Source of the DNA: an uncultured Candidatus Rokubacteria bacterium
Lineage (GTDB): Bacteria > Methylomirabilota > Methylomirabilia > Rokubacteriales > CSP1-6
Reading direction: 5' to 3'
Assembly: GCA_963771355.1 (NCBI GenBank)
Contig: CAVYTA010000006.1
Span: 1,920,001 to 1,984,000 of the forward strand
DNA length: 64,000 nt
Of this stretch, positions 47,664-60,314 are shown one piece after another. The notes beneath the pieces are model-generated. The model saw only the letters and a program-made list of their open reading frames with translations. It was not told the DNA's origin and made no database searches. Numbering within the stretch: the first letter of the stretch is position 1; the number at the start of each line of letters is the position of its first letter. The translations under genes were made by a program, and so were the position numbers.

Positions 47664-48548
47664 CTAGTCCGGGGCCGGCAGCCCCAGCAAGGCCGCGGGA
47701 TCCACACGCGCGCGCTTGAGCTGCACCTGGAAGTGCAGATGCGGACCGGTGGCGCGGCCGGTGGAACCCACCCCCCCGAGCGTCTCGCCGCGCGCGATCA
47801 CGCTGCCTTCGGCCACGTCCACGCGGTCGAGGTGCATGTAGAGCGTGTACAGCCCGAGCCCGTGGTCGAGCATCACCAGCCGGCCCCCGAAGAAGAAGTC
47901 GCCCACCAGGACCACGCGCCCGCGATTGCTCGCCACCACCGGTGTGCCGCGCTCCGCCGCCCAGTCGGTGCCGGCATGCGGCCGGCGCGGCTGCCCATTG
48001 ATGATGCGGCGGGAGCCGAAGCCCGACCCCGCGCTCTCCACCGCGAGCGGCATGGTGAAGCGGCCCTGCCAGAGGCGCTCCGGCGTGACGGTGTCGTAGA
48101 GCGTACGGAGCCGGACCGCCTCCGCCTCGGCACGCCGCTCCGTCTCGGGGTCGAGGTCCACCATCGGGGTGGGCAGGGTGAGCCGCTGCACGGGGAACGC
48201 GCGAGCCCGCACGGTGAGGGACCCGTTCAGCGTGCGCGCGGTGCCGTCCGCCCCGATCACGCCCACGCGCCAGGGCTGCTTCCCCGCGCGCGTCTCGAGG
48301 TCGATGCCCGCGACCGCGGCCCAGCCCTCGCCGTAGGGGAAGAAGACCAGCGGCAGGCCGCCCAGGCTTCCGTCGACCTCGCGCGCCCCCTGGGCGCCGG
48401 AGACGTGCACGAGCGCCATGTCGCCCTGGCGGGGGGACGGCGGGGTCACGGAAACCGCCAGGGACGCGGGACGGGACGCCGGCTCCGCTGACGCGGGCCA
48501 GGGGGCGAGGAGCAACAGGATGAGGGAGAGGACGGCGCGCGAGGCCAC
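47664..48548 (-). CDS. M23 family metallopeptidase, exported
   Basis: HAGTD, LDHGLGLYTLYMHL, GSTGRATGPHLH; N-terminal signal. Confidence 0.9.
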   Translation of the reverse strand: MASRAVLSLILLLLAPWPASAEPASRPASLAVSVTPPSPRQGDMALVHVSGAQGAREVDGSLGGLPLVFFPYGEGWAAVAGIDLETRAGKQPWRVGVIGADGTARTLNGSLTVRARAFPVQRLTLPTPMVDLDPETERRAEAEAVRLRTLYDTVTPERLWQGRFTMPLAVESAGSGFGSRRIINGQPRRPHAGTDWAAERGTPVVASNRGRVVLVGDFFFGGRLVMLDHGLGLYTLYMHLDRVDVAEGSVIARGETLGGVGSTGRATGPHLHFQVQLKRARVDPAALLGLPAPD

Positions 48549-48592
48549 CGGATGATTGTACGTGCGGGCGCCGGCGGAGGCGCGGAGCGCGA

Positions 48593-49495
48593 TCAGGACG
48601 GGTCGGGGCGCTGCTGGCGCAGGAACTGCTCGATCTCGGCCACGAGGTCGCCGGAGGGCGGCAGCTCGTCGCGCGTCTCCGGTGCGGCCGGCGGCTCCTC
48701 GTCGCCCTCCTCCGGCTTCTTCCGCTCGAGCTTCTTGATGTACTCCGCGATCTTCGCGTTCTGCGAGACGATCTCCTCGAGGTTCTGCTCGAACTGCTTG
48801 GTCGACTCCTCGAGGTCCGAGAGATCCGCCTCGGTGTTGAGGAGCGAGAGCACGCGCCGCACCAGCGCCATGGAGGCCTTGGGGTTCTCGATGCCGGAGA
48901 TGTAGTGCGGCACGTTCGCCCACAGGCTCGCGGTGGGCACGTCCTGTTCGCGGCACAGCGTGTTGAGCACGCCCACGATGCCGGTGGGCCCCTCGTAACG
49001 GGTGGGCCGGATGCCCAGGCGGGCGGCGAGCTCGGGGTCGAAGGCGCTCCCCACCAGCCGAACCGGACGCGTGTGCGATACCTCGGCGAGCAGCGCCCCC
49101 AGCGTGAGGACCAGCGACGCGCCGGAGCGGCGGGCCAGCTCGAGGAGCGCGCCGCAGTACGTGCGCCACTTGAGGTGGGGCTCCACCGCCACGCCCACGA
49201 TGATGTCGCGGTCCAGCGAGTCCGGCTGCGCGAGCGAGAACTCGGTGGACGGCCAGATCACTTCCCGCTCGGTGCGCGAGCCCGCCTTGAAGCGGACGTA
49301 AGGACGGGAGAGCCCGAAGTGGTAGAACTCCTCGGGATCGATGCTGGCGAACGGGCGCGAGGGCCACAGCTGCCCGAGATAGCGCGCGGCACCCGTCGCG
49401 GATTCCGCCGCATCGTTCCAGCCCGCGAAGGCCAGGATGAGGATGGGCCGTCGCAACCCGGCCGGTTCTTCGTGTATCGTCAGCGCGTCGGTCAC
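48593..49495 (-). CDS. PAC2 (proteasome assembly chaperone 2) family protein
   Basis: AFAGWNDAAESA, IDPEEFY, EPHLKWR, LAEVSHTRP, YEGPTGI, LWANVPHY, AEIEQFLR. Confidence 0.88.
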   Translation of the reverse strand: MTDALTIHEEPAGLRRPILILAFAGWNDAAESATGAARYLGQLWPSRPFASIDPEEFYHFGLSRPYVRFKAGSRTEREVIWPSTEFSLAQPDSLDRDIIVGVAVEPHLKWRTYCGALLELARRSGASLVLTLGALLAEVSHTRPVRLVGSAFDPELAARLGIRPTRYEGPTGIVGVLNTLCREQDVPTASLWANVPHYISGIENPKASMALVRRVLSLLNTEADLSDLEESTKQFEQNLEEIVSQNAKIAEYIKKLERKKPEEGDEEPPAAPETRDELPPSGDLVAEIEQFLRQQRPDPS

Positions 49496-49612
49496 GTTGG
49501 CAGGTTGTCCCTTCGGGTCGCGAGCCGCCTTCCTCGTCGAGGATGCCCGAGAAGGGGGAGACCCGCAAGGATAAAAGCGCGTGGGCGGGCGGCCGAGCGC
49601 GCCCGCATTCAG

Positions 49613-49642
49613 TTGACGCCCTCCAGGCGCGCTCGGTATCAT
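49613..49642 (+). promoter_or_regulatory. Sigma70 promoter candidate
   Basis: TTGACG-N18-TATCAT upstream of the small lipoprotein gene. Confidence 0.5.
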
Positions 49643-49689
49643 ACGCTGGCAGTGGCATCGCCACCCGAGCAGTCCCACAGGAGGCTGTG

Positions 49690-49953
49690 ATGAATTGCGC
49701 TCGCATCGTCAGGTCGGCTCTCGTCGTCGCCGTACTCGCCGTCACCGGCGGCTGCGCCAGCTCCGAGCAGTGGGCGGAGTGGCGGTCTCACAATACCCAC
49801 TTCGCGTCGGATCGGCACATGGGGTTCTCGATGCGCAACAACATGGAGGGCAACAATCCGAAGGTCACGCGCGCGGACATGGACCTGGCGCCGCGCGAGA
49901 ACTGGTGGGGCAAGGTGATTACCGTTCGGCCCGACCAGATCTTTGAGAACTAG
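49690..49953 (+). CDS. Small hypothetical lipoprotein
   Basis: RBS AGGAGG; hydrophobic signal ending TGGC; HFAS..H..FS and WWG motifs. Confidence 0.7.
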   Translation: MNCARIVRSALVVAVLAVTGGCASSEQWAEWRSHNTHFASDRHMGFSMRNNMEGNNPKVTRADMDLAPRENWWGKVITVRPDQIFEN

Positions 49954-49968
49954 GCGATAGCGGGCCTC

Positions 49969-50679
49969 ATGGCTCGCTGGGTGGCGGTTGCCCTCTTCGC
50001 GGTGGCGGTGGGCGTGGCGACCGCCCCCGCTCCCGCGGCATCGCAGCCTCCGGTGGAGGCGGTGAGCGAGAAGCTCATCCCGCTGGAGCGCTACTCGACG
50101 CCCAAGGGCCAGGCCCTGGCCCGCGCGCATCAGCTCCGCCTGTACAAGTTCTCCGAGCACATCTGGGGATGTCTCCCGTGGCTCGACGTCCAGAAGCAGA
50201 GCATCGGCTTCCAGCGCCCCAAGGGCGCGCCCGGCGACGACCGCTACTTCTCCACGTGGATCCTCATTCCCCAGGCGGAAAATCCGCAGTTCGCCGCGCA
50301 GCCCCAGACCCGGCGGATGTCGGCGATGTTCTCCCGCTACGGCGTGGATCTGCTCCGCCGCATGGCGAGCGTCCACGACGTGCTGGCGGACAGCAACGTG
50401 CACGGCTTCTCGGTGGTCCTGAGCTGGCTCAAGCCGGGGACGTCACGGCCGGGTGCCCAGCCCGTGAACGAGAGCCTGGCCGCCTTCATCGACAAGACCA
50501 CCGGCCTCGACTACCTCGAGCGGCGGATTCCCCACGCGGACTTCGCTCGGCGCATGCGGGTGGTGGGCTTCGACGGCCAGACCGACCTCGGCCCCCAGGT
50601 GCTGGAACTCTGGGACGACGACTTCGCCGCCACCTTCAAGCTGCCGAACTACGAGCCTCCCGCCGGCGTCACCTGCTGA
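49969..50679 (+). CDS. Hypothetical exported protein
   Basis: Signal peptide, strong GC3 bias, no recognised domain. Confidence 0.75.
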   Translation: MARWVAVALFAVAVGVATAPAPAASQPPVEAVSEKLIPLERYSTPKGQALARAHQLRLYKFSEHIWGCLPWLDVQKQSIGFQRPKGAPGDDRYFSTWILIPQAENPQFAAQPQTRRMSAMFSRYGVDLLRRMASVHDVLADSNVHGFSVVLSWLKPGTSRPGAQPVNESLAAFIDKTTGLDYLERRIPHADFARRMRVVGFDGQTDLGPQVLELWDDDFAATFKLPNYEPPAGVTC

Positions 50680-50861
50680 CGCCGGCGCCCGGCTCGTCGC
50701 CCGACTCCCCCGCGCCTACCGCCCCTCCACGAGCATGAGCGGGGTCGTCGCCAGGGGGCCCCCGGGTGTGCCCATCACCGCCAGCCAGCGGGCACGATGG
50801 GCGGTCCTTTCCGGCGAAGGCGAGTTCATGGGCTCCGTCTATACTACGAAGAGGGCGTGGT

Positions 50862-50890
50862 TTGACAGTCCCCGGAGGTTCCGCTAGCAT
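50862..50890 (+). promoter_or_regulatory. Sigma70 promoter of the ftsH operon
   Basis: TTGACA-N17-TAGCAT, about 30 bp upstream of ATG 50921. Confidence 0.7.
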
Positions 50891-50920
50891 GACGTGCAAG
50901 TGCGCCACTGGCTAGGGAAA

Positions 50921-52822
50921 ATGAAACGACCCATCCGTCAGAAGACGCAGTTCTCCCTCGTCTACGTCCTGATCGCCGCCGTCGTTTTGTCCGTGGTCCA
51001 GAGCTGGCTCGTCTCGCCGCAAACGGTCGAGATCCCGATGAGCCGCTTCCTGACCTTGCTGCGCGAGGACAAGATCGACCGCGTCAACGTCACCGACAAG
51101 GAGATCCAGGGCACCCTCAAGCCCGGCGCCCTCCCCGCCCAGGCCCCGCGACCGGGAGACCGCGTGCGCACCTTCTTCGGCGCCGAGCCCGGCCCCACCG
51201 TGTTCCGGACCACGCGCATCCCCATGGTGGACGACTCCACCCTGGTGAAGGAGCTCGAGCAGCATAAGGTCGAGTTCGCCGGGCGTATCGAGAACACCTT
51301 CTGGCGTGATCTCCTCTTCGGCTGGGTACTGCCGCTGGGCGTGATGGCGGGCATCTGGATCTTCCTCATGCGCCGCATCGGCGGGGGGCCCACCCAGGCG
51401 CTCTCCTTCGGGCGCTCCAAGGCCAAGATCTACGATCGCCGCGAGCTCAAGACCACCTTCGCGGACGTGGCCGGCGTGGACGAGGCCAAGGCCGAGCTGA
51501 TCGAGGTGGTGGACTTCCTCAAGAATCCGAAGAAGTACCAGCGGCTCGGCGGGCGCATCCCCAAGGGCGTGCTCCTGGTGGGGCCGCCGGGCACGGGCAA
51601 GACCTTGCTCGCGCGCGCGGTGGCGGGCGAGGCCGACGTGCCCTTCTTCTTCCTTTCCGGCTCCGAGTTCGTGGAGATGTTCGTGGGCGTGGGCGCGGCG
51701 CGGGTGCGCGACCTCTTCGAGCAGGCCAAGGAGAAGGCGCCCTGCATCATCTTCATCGACGAGCTGGACGCCATCGGGAAGTCGCGCGCGGGGGCCACCG
51801 GGCTGATGGGCGGCCACGACGAGCGCGAGCAGACGCTCAACCAGATCCTGGCCGAGATGGACGGCTTCGACTCCTCCAAGGGCGTCATCATCATGGCCGC
51901 CACCAACCGGCCCGAGGTCCTCGACGCCGCGCTGCTGAGGGCCGGGCGCTTCGATCGGCAGGTGGTGGTGGACCGGCCCGACGTCAAGGGACGCGAGGCC
52001 ATCCTCCGCGTGCACGCGCGCAACGTGCAGCTCGCCCCCGAGGTGGATCTCCGCGTGCTGGCCGCCCGCACCCCCGGCATGGCCGGCGCGGACCTCGCCA
52101 ACCTCATCAACGAAGCCGCCCTCCTCGCCGCGCGCAAGGGGAAGAACGCGGTGGAGATGGCCGACCTGGAGGAGGCGGTGGACCGGGTCATCGGCGGGCT
52201 CGAGCGACGGAGCCGCGTGCTCTCCGAGAAGGAGCGCGACATCGTCGCCCATCACGAGATCGGCCACGCCCTGGTGGCGACGTCCCTGCCCAATGCCGAC
52301 CCCGTGCACAAGGTCACGATCATTCCGCGCGGGGTGGGGGCCCTCGGCGCGACCTATCAGCTGCCCCTGGAGGACCGCTATCTCCTCACCCGGAGCGAGC
52401 TGGAGGACCGCATCGCGGTGCTCCTGGGCGGCCGTGCGGCGGAGGAGGTCGTCTACGGCGAAGTCTCCACCGGCGCCCACAACGACCTCGAGCGCTCGAC
52501 CGAGATGGCGCGCCTCATGGTGATGCAGTACGGGATGTCGGACAAGCTGGGTCCCCTCACCTTCGGGGGAGGCCAGCAATCCCTCTTCCTCAAGGGCAAC
52601 GGGATCTCGGTCGAACGCGACTTCGGAGAGGACACCGCGCGGACCATCGATGAGGAGGTTCGCTCCATCGTGGACCGCATGTACGATCGCGTGCGCGGCC
52701 TCATGATGGCGAAGAAGGCGGTGCTGGTGGCCGCCGCGGTGGAGCTCAAGCAGCGCGAAACCATCGAGGGCGACCGGCTCCGCCAGCTCCTGGCCGGGAC
52801 CGCGGAGGAGGTGGCGCGATGA
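50921..52822 (+). CDS. ftsH: ATP-dependent zinc metalloprotease FtsH
   Basis: Two TMs, [18 protein letters not shown] motif [23 protein letters not shown]. Confidence 0.95.
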   Translation: MKRPIRQKTQFSLVYVLIAAVVLSVVQSWLVSPQTVEIPMSRFLTLLREDKIDRVNVTDKEIQGTLKPGALPAQAPRPGDRVRTFFGAEPGPTVFRTTRIPMVDDSTLVKELEQHKVEFAGRIENTFWRDLLFGWVLPLGVMAGIWIFLMRRIGGGPTQALSFGRSKAKIYDRRELKTTFADVAGVDEAKAELIEVVDFLKNPKKYQRLGGRIPKGVLLVGPPGTGKTLLARAVAGEADVPFFFLSGSEFVEMFVGVGAARVRDLFEQAKEKAPCIIFIDELDAIGKSRAGATGLMGGHDEREQTLNQILAEMDGFDSSKGVIIMAATNRPEVLDAALLRAGRFDRQVVVDRPDVKGREAILRVHARNVQLAPEVDLRVLAARTPGMAGADLANLINEAALLAARKGKNAVEMADLEEAVDRVIGGLERRSRVLSEKERDIVAHHEIGHALVATSLPNADPVHKVTIIPRGVGALGATYQLPLEDRYLLTRSELEDRIAVLLGGRAAEEVVYGEVSTGAHNDLERSTEMARLMVMQYGMSDKLGPLTFGGGQQSLFLKGNGISVERDFGEDTARTIDEEVRSIVDRMYDRVRGLMMAKKAVLVAAAVELKQRETIEGDRLRQLLAGTAEEVAR

Positions 52823-54330
52823 TCTCGATGCGGCGCAGGACCATCCTCTTCCTCGTCGTCGTCGCGGGCGCGCTCGGCGCCTTCGCGGGTGGCTGGGGCG
52901 CCCTCGCGAGCGGCTGGAACAACCGGGCGGCTTCGGACGAGCAGCCGGCGCCCCCCTCGCAGCTCCGTTCCCCTGCCACCGCGCCGGGGCGCCTCGTGCA
53001 AGCGGCGCTGCCCCTCACCGCGGGGAGCTTCGCCCAGGTGGCGGAGACGGTGGGGCCCGCCGTGGTCAACATCAATACCGTGACCGCGCGCGGGGGGGGC
53101 GGGCGCACGCCGGTGGAGGAGTTCTTCGGCGAGGAGTTCTTCCGCCGCTTCTTCGGCGAGGTGCCCGAGCGCGAGCAGCAGCAGCGGAGCCTGGGCTCCG
53201 GCGTCATCGTGGACGCCTCCGGCATCGCACTGACCAATGCCCACGTGGTGGAACGGGCCACCGACATCGAGGTGGTCACCTCCGACGGCAAGAAGCACAA
53301 GGCCAAGCTGGTGGGCACCGACCGCAAGACCGATGTCGCCGTGCTCCGGCTCCAGGGCGGCGGGCCCTACCCCGCCGCGCCCCTGGGCGACTCCGACAAG
53401 ATCAAGGTCGGCGACTGGGTGGTGGCCATCGGCTCGCCCTTCGGGCTGCAGCAGACGGTGACCGCGGGCATCATCAGCGCCAAGGGGCGCTCCATCGGCC
53501 AGGGCGGGCCCTTCGACGACTTCCTCCAGACCGACGCCGCCATCAATCCCGGCAACTCCGGCGGCCCGCTCGTGAACATGGCGGGCGAGGTGGTCGGGAT
53601 CAACAGTGCCATCCTCTCGCGCTCGGGCGGCAATGTCGGCATCGGCTTCGCCATCCCCGCCAACATGGCCCGGCGCATCTACACCGAGCTGGTGGCCAAG
53701 GGCAAGATCACGCGGGGCTGGCTCGGTGTGTCCATCCAGCCGCTCACCCCCGAGCTGGCCAAGGGCTTCGGGCTGAAGGAGCCCAAGGGCGTGCTCCTCT
53801 CCGACGTCATCTCCGACAGCCCCGCGGAGCGCGCGGGGCTTCAGGCCGGCGACATCATCATCGAGTTCGACGGCAAGAAGGTGGAAAACCCCGGCGACCT
53901 CCAGAAGGTCGTCACCAACACCACCCCCGGCAAGGGCGTGCCCCTCAGCCTCTGGCGGGACAAGGCCTCGAAGACCGTCGAGATCCGCATCGGCGAGACG
54001 CCGGACGAGAGCGTGGCGCTCAGGTCGAACAAGCCGGGACGCAGCCTGCTCGGGCTCGAGGTGCGCCCGATCACGCCGGAGATCGCCCGGCAGCTCAACC
54101 TCCGCAATCCGGAGGGCGTGGTGGTGGTACGCGTGGACGAGGACAGCCCCGCCGCCGAGGCCGGGCTGCAACGAGGCGACGTGATCCGCGAAGTCAATCG
54201 CCAGCGGGTGCGCACCCTCTCGGAGTACGAGCGCCTCATCAAGGACCTGAAGGAGGGCGACCGCATCACCGTGCTCCTCCAGCGTGGGGCGCAGGCCCTC
54301 TACGTGGCCTTCACGGTGGCCCGGGGCTGA
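52819..54330 (+). CDS. degQ: Do/DegQ-family serine endoprotease with two PDZ domains
   Basis: LTNAHV, TDVAVL, QTDAAINPGNSGG, two PDZ domains (SPAERAGL, SPAAEAGL). Confidence 0.9.
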   Translation: MISMRRRTILFLVVVAGALGAFAGGWGALASGWNNRAASDEQPAPPSQLRSPATAPGRLVQAALPLTAGSFAQVAETVGPAVVNINTVTARGGGGRTPVEEFFGEEFFRRFFGEVPEREQQQRSLGSGVIVDASGIALTNAHVVERATDIEVVTSDGKKHKAKLVGTDRKTDVAVLRLQGGGPYPAAPLGDSDKIKVGDWVVAIGSPFGLQQTVTAGIISAKGRSIGQGGPFDDFLQTDAAINPGNSGGPLVNMAGEVVGINSAILSRSGGNVGIGFAIPANMARRIYTELVAKGKITRGWLGVSIQPLTPELAKGFGLKEPKGVLLSDVISDSPAERAGLQAGDIIIEFDGKKVENPGDLQKVVTNTTPGKGVPLSLWRDKASKTVEIRIGETPDESVALRSNKPGRSLLGLEVRPITPEIARQLNLRNPEGVVVVRVDEDSPAAEAGLQRGDVIREVNRQRVRTLSEYERLIKDLKEGDRITVLLQRGAQALYVAFTVARG

Positions 54331-54770
54331 TGGGGGAGCGCCCCGGCACCACGCGGCTGCGGACCCTCGTCGGAAATCACGCTCGGCTGGCCCCCATCGC
54401 GCGACTCCTCGGGGCCTCGGTCCTCGAGGTGGAGGACGGACGGGTCGTCATCGAGTTCGAGGTGCGCGAGGAGTTCAAGCATCCGGGCGGCGCCGTCCAG
54501 GGCGGCATCGTCACCGCCTACGCCGATTTGTGCATGGCGCTGGCGGCCCACACCCACTTCGAGCACGGCCAGCACATGTCCACCTCCTCGCTCACGGTGA
54601 ATTTCCTGGCCCCCGTCACCGCCGGCCCCGTGATCGGCGAGGGCACGGTGGTGAAGAAGGGACGCTCCGTGGTCTTCATGGAGGGCATCCTCCGGGACCG
54701 CGGGGGCAACGAGTATGCGCACGCCACCTCCGTGGGCTCCGTTCGCGCTGTCGTTGCCGAGACCGCCTAG
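54330..54770 (+). CDS. PaaI-family thioesterase (hotdog fold)
   Basis: GAVQGGIVTAYADL, VNFLAP, VVKKGRS. Confidence 0.85.
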   Translation: MGERPGTTRLRTLVGNHARLAPIARLLGASVLEVEDGRVVIEFEVREEFKHPGGAVQGGIVTAYADLCMALAAHTHFEHGQHMSTSSLTVNFLAPVTAGPVIGEGTVVKKGRSVVFMEGILRDRGGNEYAHATSVGSVRAVVAETA

Positions 54771-54801
54771 TCCCCGCGCCCGCTGCACCTCCCCAAACAC
54801 C

Positions 54802-54810
54802 TGCTAAACT
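54802..54810 (+). promoter_or_regulatory. Extended -10 internal promoter candidate for dnaJ-clpB
   Basis: TG-C-TAAACT in an AT-richer intergenic gap. Confidence 0.4.
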
Positions 54811-54860
54811 AACGGTGAGGCGGCGCTCCGACGGGCCGCAGGACCCGGGGCGCCGCTTCC

Positions 54861-55927
54861 ATGTCCAAGCCCATGGAATTCAAGGACTACTACAAGATCC
54901 TCGGCGTCGCGCGGACGGCCGACGACAAGGCCATCAAGACGGCCTATCGGGCGCTCGCCCGCAAGTACCATCCCGACGTCAACAAGGGCTCGGCCACCAA
55001 GTTCCAGGAGGTCAACGAGGCCTACGAGGTGCTCTCCGATCCCGAGAAACGCCGGCGCTACGACACGCTCGGCTCCGACTGGCAGCGGCACGCGGAGGCG
55101 GGCGCGCGGCCCCCGGGGGGCGCCGGTGAGGTGCGCTTCGAGACCGGCGGCGACCTCGGCGGGTTCTCCGACTTCTTCCAGAGCATATTCGGGAACTTCT
55201 CCAGGGGCGGCGGGCCCGGGAGCGCCGGGCCACGGACGGGAGGTCGCGTGCGCGACTTCCGGCGCGGGGGCCTGGGCGACTTCGATCTCGGCGATCTGGG
55301 CGACCTCGGCGGGCCCGGCGTCGCGGAGCCGGGAGGCGACGCCGAGGGCCCGATCGAGCTGTCCCTCGAGGAGGCGTTCGCGGGCGTGCGCAAGCCCATC
55401 GCGCTCGAGCTGGACGAGGCCTGCCCGGTCTGCGGCGGCTCCGGGCACGTGAACCGCAAGCCCTGCGCATCCTGCCGCGGCACCGGCTGGGCCAAGGGCC
55501 AGCGCCGGCTCGAAGTCAAGATCCCCGCCGGCGTGGACACCGGCGCGCGCATCCGCGTGGCCGGTGAAGGGCCCGCGCGCGCGGGCGGCGGCAAGTCCGA
55601 TCTCTATCTGCGCGTGACGGTCAAGCCCCACGACCGCATCGAGCGCAAGGGCGACGACCTCCACGTGGATCTTCCGGTGTCGTTCGTGGACGCCGCCCTG
55701 GGCGCGGAGATCTCGGTCCCGACGCTGAAGGGCCATGTCTCGATGAAGATCCCGCCGGAGACGTCGAGCGGCCGGGTCTTCCGCATCCCCGGCTACGGCA
55801 TGCCGCATCTCAAGGGCGGCGGCGCCGGCGACCAGTTCGTCCGCGTGCAGGTGACGGTCCCCGCGGGTCTCACCGCGAAAGAGCAAGAGTTATTGGCGGA
55901 GCTCAGACAGCTACGCCAGGAGAAGAC

Positions 55928-55931
<4 letters not shown>
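54861..55931 (+). CDS. dnaJ: DnaJ/CbpA-like co-chaperone with a half zinc finger
   Basis: KDYY.ILGV, YHPD, G/F region, two CxxCxGxG repeats, DnaJ C-terminal domain. Confidence 0.9.
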
Positions 55932-58525
<2,594 letters not shown>

Positions 58526-58545
58526 AACACTGTGCGCCCTGTTCT

Positions 58546-58565
58546 CTCTCCCCCGCGGGGGAGAG
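58546..58565. repeat. Perfect 20-bp palindrome downstream of clpB (REP-like / terminator)
   Basis: ctctcccccgcgggggagag; same core as 14021-14039. Confidence 0.7.
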
Positions 58566-58680
58566 GGCAGGCGGCATTGGCTTCGCCCTTCCGAGGCGAT
58601 TGGCTGACCAGCGCGGGCGCGCCGGTTGAATCTCCTGGTGGCGCTGCCACATCTGAAGGCATGATCACCGGGGAGGCCCC

Positions 58681-59973
58681 ATGACCGGATCCCGCAAGGG
58701 CGTGCACTACGCTTGGATCATGCTCGGCGCCGTCGTCCTCATCTTTCTCGCGGCGTCGGGGTTGCGCGCCGTCCTGGGCGTGTTCATCAAGCCGATGGAA
58801 GCGGAGTTCGGCTGGGATCGCTCTTCCATGTCCCAGGTGGCGGCGCTCTCGCTCCTGCTGGTCGGCGCGGTGGGGCCCTTCGTCGGCTGGCTGGCCGACC
58901 GGTGGGGCCCGCGCAATGTGATGATGCTCTTCCTCGCCGTCGTCGCGGTGGGCGCCATGCTCTCCGCCTACGTCACCAGCCTCTGGCAGTTCTACCTGAC
59001 GGCGGGGGTGCTCATGGCCCTCGGCGCGGGCGGCATGGGCATGGCCACCGCCTCCACGCTCGCCGCGCGCTGGTTCGTGGCGCGCCGCGGCCTCGTGATG
59101 GGCATACTCGGCGCGGGCATGTCGGCGGGCCAGCTCGTGATGATCCCGGCCGCGGTGTGGCTCACCCTCAACTACGGCTGGCGGAGCTCCTTCTTCTGGC
59201 TCGGCGTCAGCGTGTTCCTCACCGCCATCCCGTTGACCTACGCCTTCGTGCGTGACGATCCGAAGCTCAAGGGACTCACCGCGTTCGGGACCGGCGTCGC
59301 CGTGCCGCAGGCCGGGATGAAGGAGATGCCCGCCGACCGGCGGGTGTCCGTCAACGAGGCCATGACCTATCCGTCCTTCTGGCTGCTGGCGGGGACCTTC
59401 TTCGTCTGCGGCTACACCTCCAACGGCATGGTGCTCACCCACCTCGTGCCGCATGCCGCCGAGCACGGCTTCTCCGAGATGCACGCGGCCCAGGCGCTCG
59501 GCGTGATGGGCGCAATGAACATCGTGGGCACGGTGCTGTCGGGCTGGATCTGCGACCGCTTCGGCCGCAAGGGGCCGCTCGCCTTCTACTACGGCGTGCG
59601 CGGGCTCTCGCTGCTGTTCCTGCTCTATATCTGGAACGTGCCCTCGCTGCACATCTTCGCCGCGGTCTTCGGGCTCAACTACATCTCCACGGTGCCCCCG
59701 ACCACCACGCTGACCGCCAACATCTTCGGGCGCTACTCGGTGGGCGTGCTCTCGGGCTGGATCTTCTTCGCCCACCAGGTGGGTTCGGCCCTCGGCGCCG
59801 CGGCGGGGGGCTGGATCTTCGACTTCACCGGCTCGTACCAGTGGGCCTTCGTCTCCGCGGCGCTGATGGCCTTCGCCGCCTCGGGCCTCTCGCTGGCCAT
59901 CAAGGAAGTCCCGGTAAGCCAGGCGCCCACGCCGCGCCCCGCGCCCACCGGCGTCCCGGTTCCCGCCGCCTAG
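58681..59973 (+). CDS. MFS transporter (OFA/YbfB-like)
   Basis: GWLADRWGPR, ARWF.ARRGL, GWICDRFGRK. Confidence 0.9.
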   Translation: MTGSRKGVHYAWIMLGAVVLIFLAASGLRAVLGVFIKPMEAEFGWDRSSMSQVAALSLLLVGAVGPFVGWLADRWGPRNVMMLFLAVVAVGAMLSAYVTSLWQFYLTAGVLMALGAGGMGMATASTLAARWFVARRGLVMGILGAGMSAGQLVMIPAAVWLTLNYGWRSSFFWLGVSVFLTAIPLTYAFVRDDPKLKGLTAFGTGVAVPQAGMKEMPADRRVSVNEAMTYPSFWLLAGTFFVCGYTSNGMVLTHLVPHAAEHGFSEMHAAQALGVMGAMNIVGTVLSGWICDRFGRKGPLAFYYGVRGLSLLFLLYIWNVPSLHIFAAVFGLNYISTVPPTTTLTANIFGRYSVGVLSGWIFFAHQVGSALGAAAGGWIFDFTGSYQWAFVSAALMAFAASGLSLAIKEVPVSQAPTPRPAPTGVPVPAA

Positions 59974-60314
59974 AGCGGCGCGTCGAAGTGGACGGCGAGC
60001 CACACGGTCGGGACCTCGGGATCCGTCCACTCCACCCGGTGCCGCGCGTGCGCGGGAATCCGGAGCCAGTCGCCGGGCGCCAGCGCGCGGGGCTCCGCCT
60101 CTCCCTCGAAGCGAAGGCGCGCCGCCCCCGCGAGGACCGCCACCCACTCGTCCCGTGCCCCGTCGTACCACTGCCCCGGCGGCGTGACCTGCCCCCGCGA
60201 GATGATGCGCTCGATGCGGAGGTGGGGGGTCTCGGCAAGCACGTCCACCTGCTCGTCGCGCAGGGCCGGCGGCAGCGCGCGGAACAGATTGCCGGACGTC
60301 CCGAACGCCGTCAC
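59970..60314 (-). CDS. Cupin domain protein
   Basis: RIERIIS.GQ.TP...WYD...DEWV, IPAHARHRVEWT; GTGA overlap. Confidence 0.85.
   Translation of the reverse strand: MTAFGTSGNLFRALPPALRDEQVDVLAETPHLRIERIISRGQVTPPGQWYDGARDEWVAVLAGAARLRFEGEAEPRALAPGDWLRIPAHARHRVEWTDPEVPTVWLAVHFDAPL

Noticed and set aside
49496..49600. SRP RNA, 6S RNA or ZTP riboswitch
   Set aside because: Lacks the diagnostic conserved motifs and is too short for 6S; kept only as an unknown hairpin
50716..50829. 37-aa minus-strand ORF (MNSPSPERTAHR...) upstream of ftsH
   Set aside because: Weak SD spacing, no motif or codon support; expected by chance at this GC content
50840..50920. CIRCE or HAIR heat-shock operator before ftsH or dnaJ
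   Set aside because: No TTAGCACTC-N9-GAGTGCTAA or CTTGAGT-N7-ACTCAAG match seen by eye
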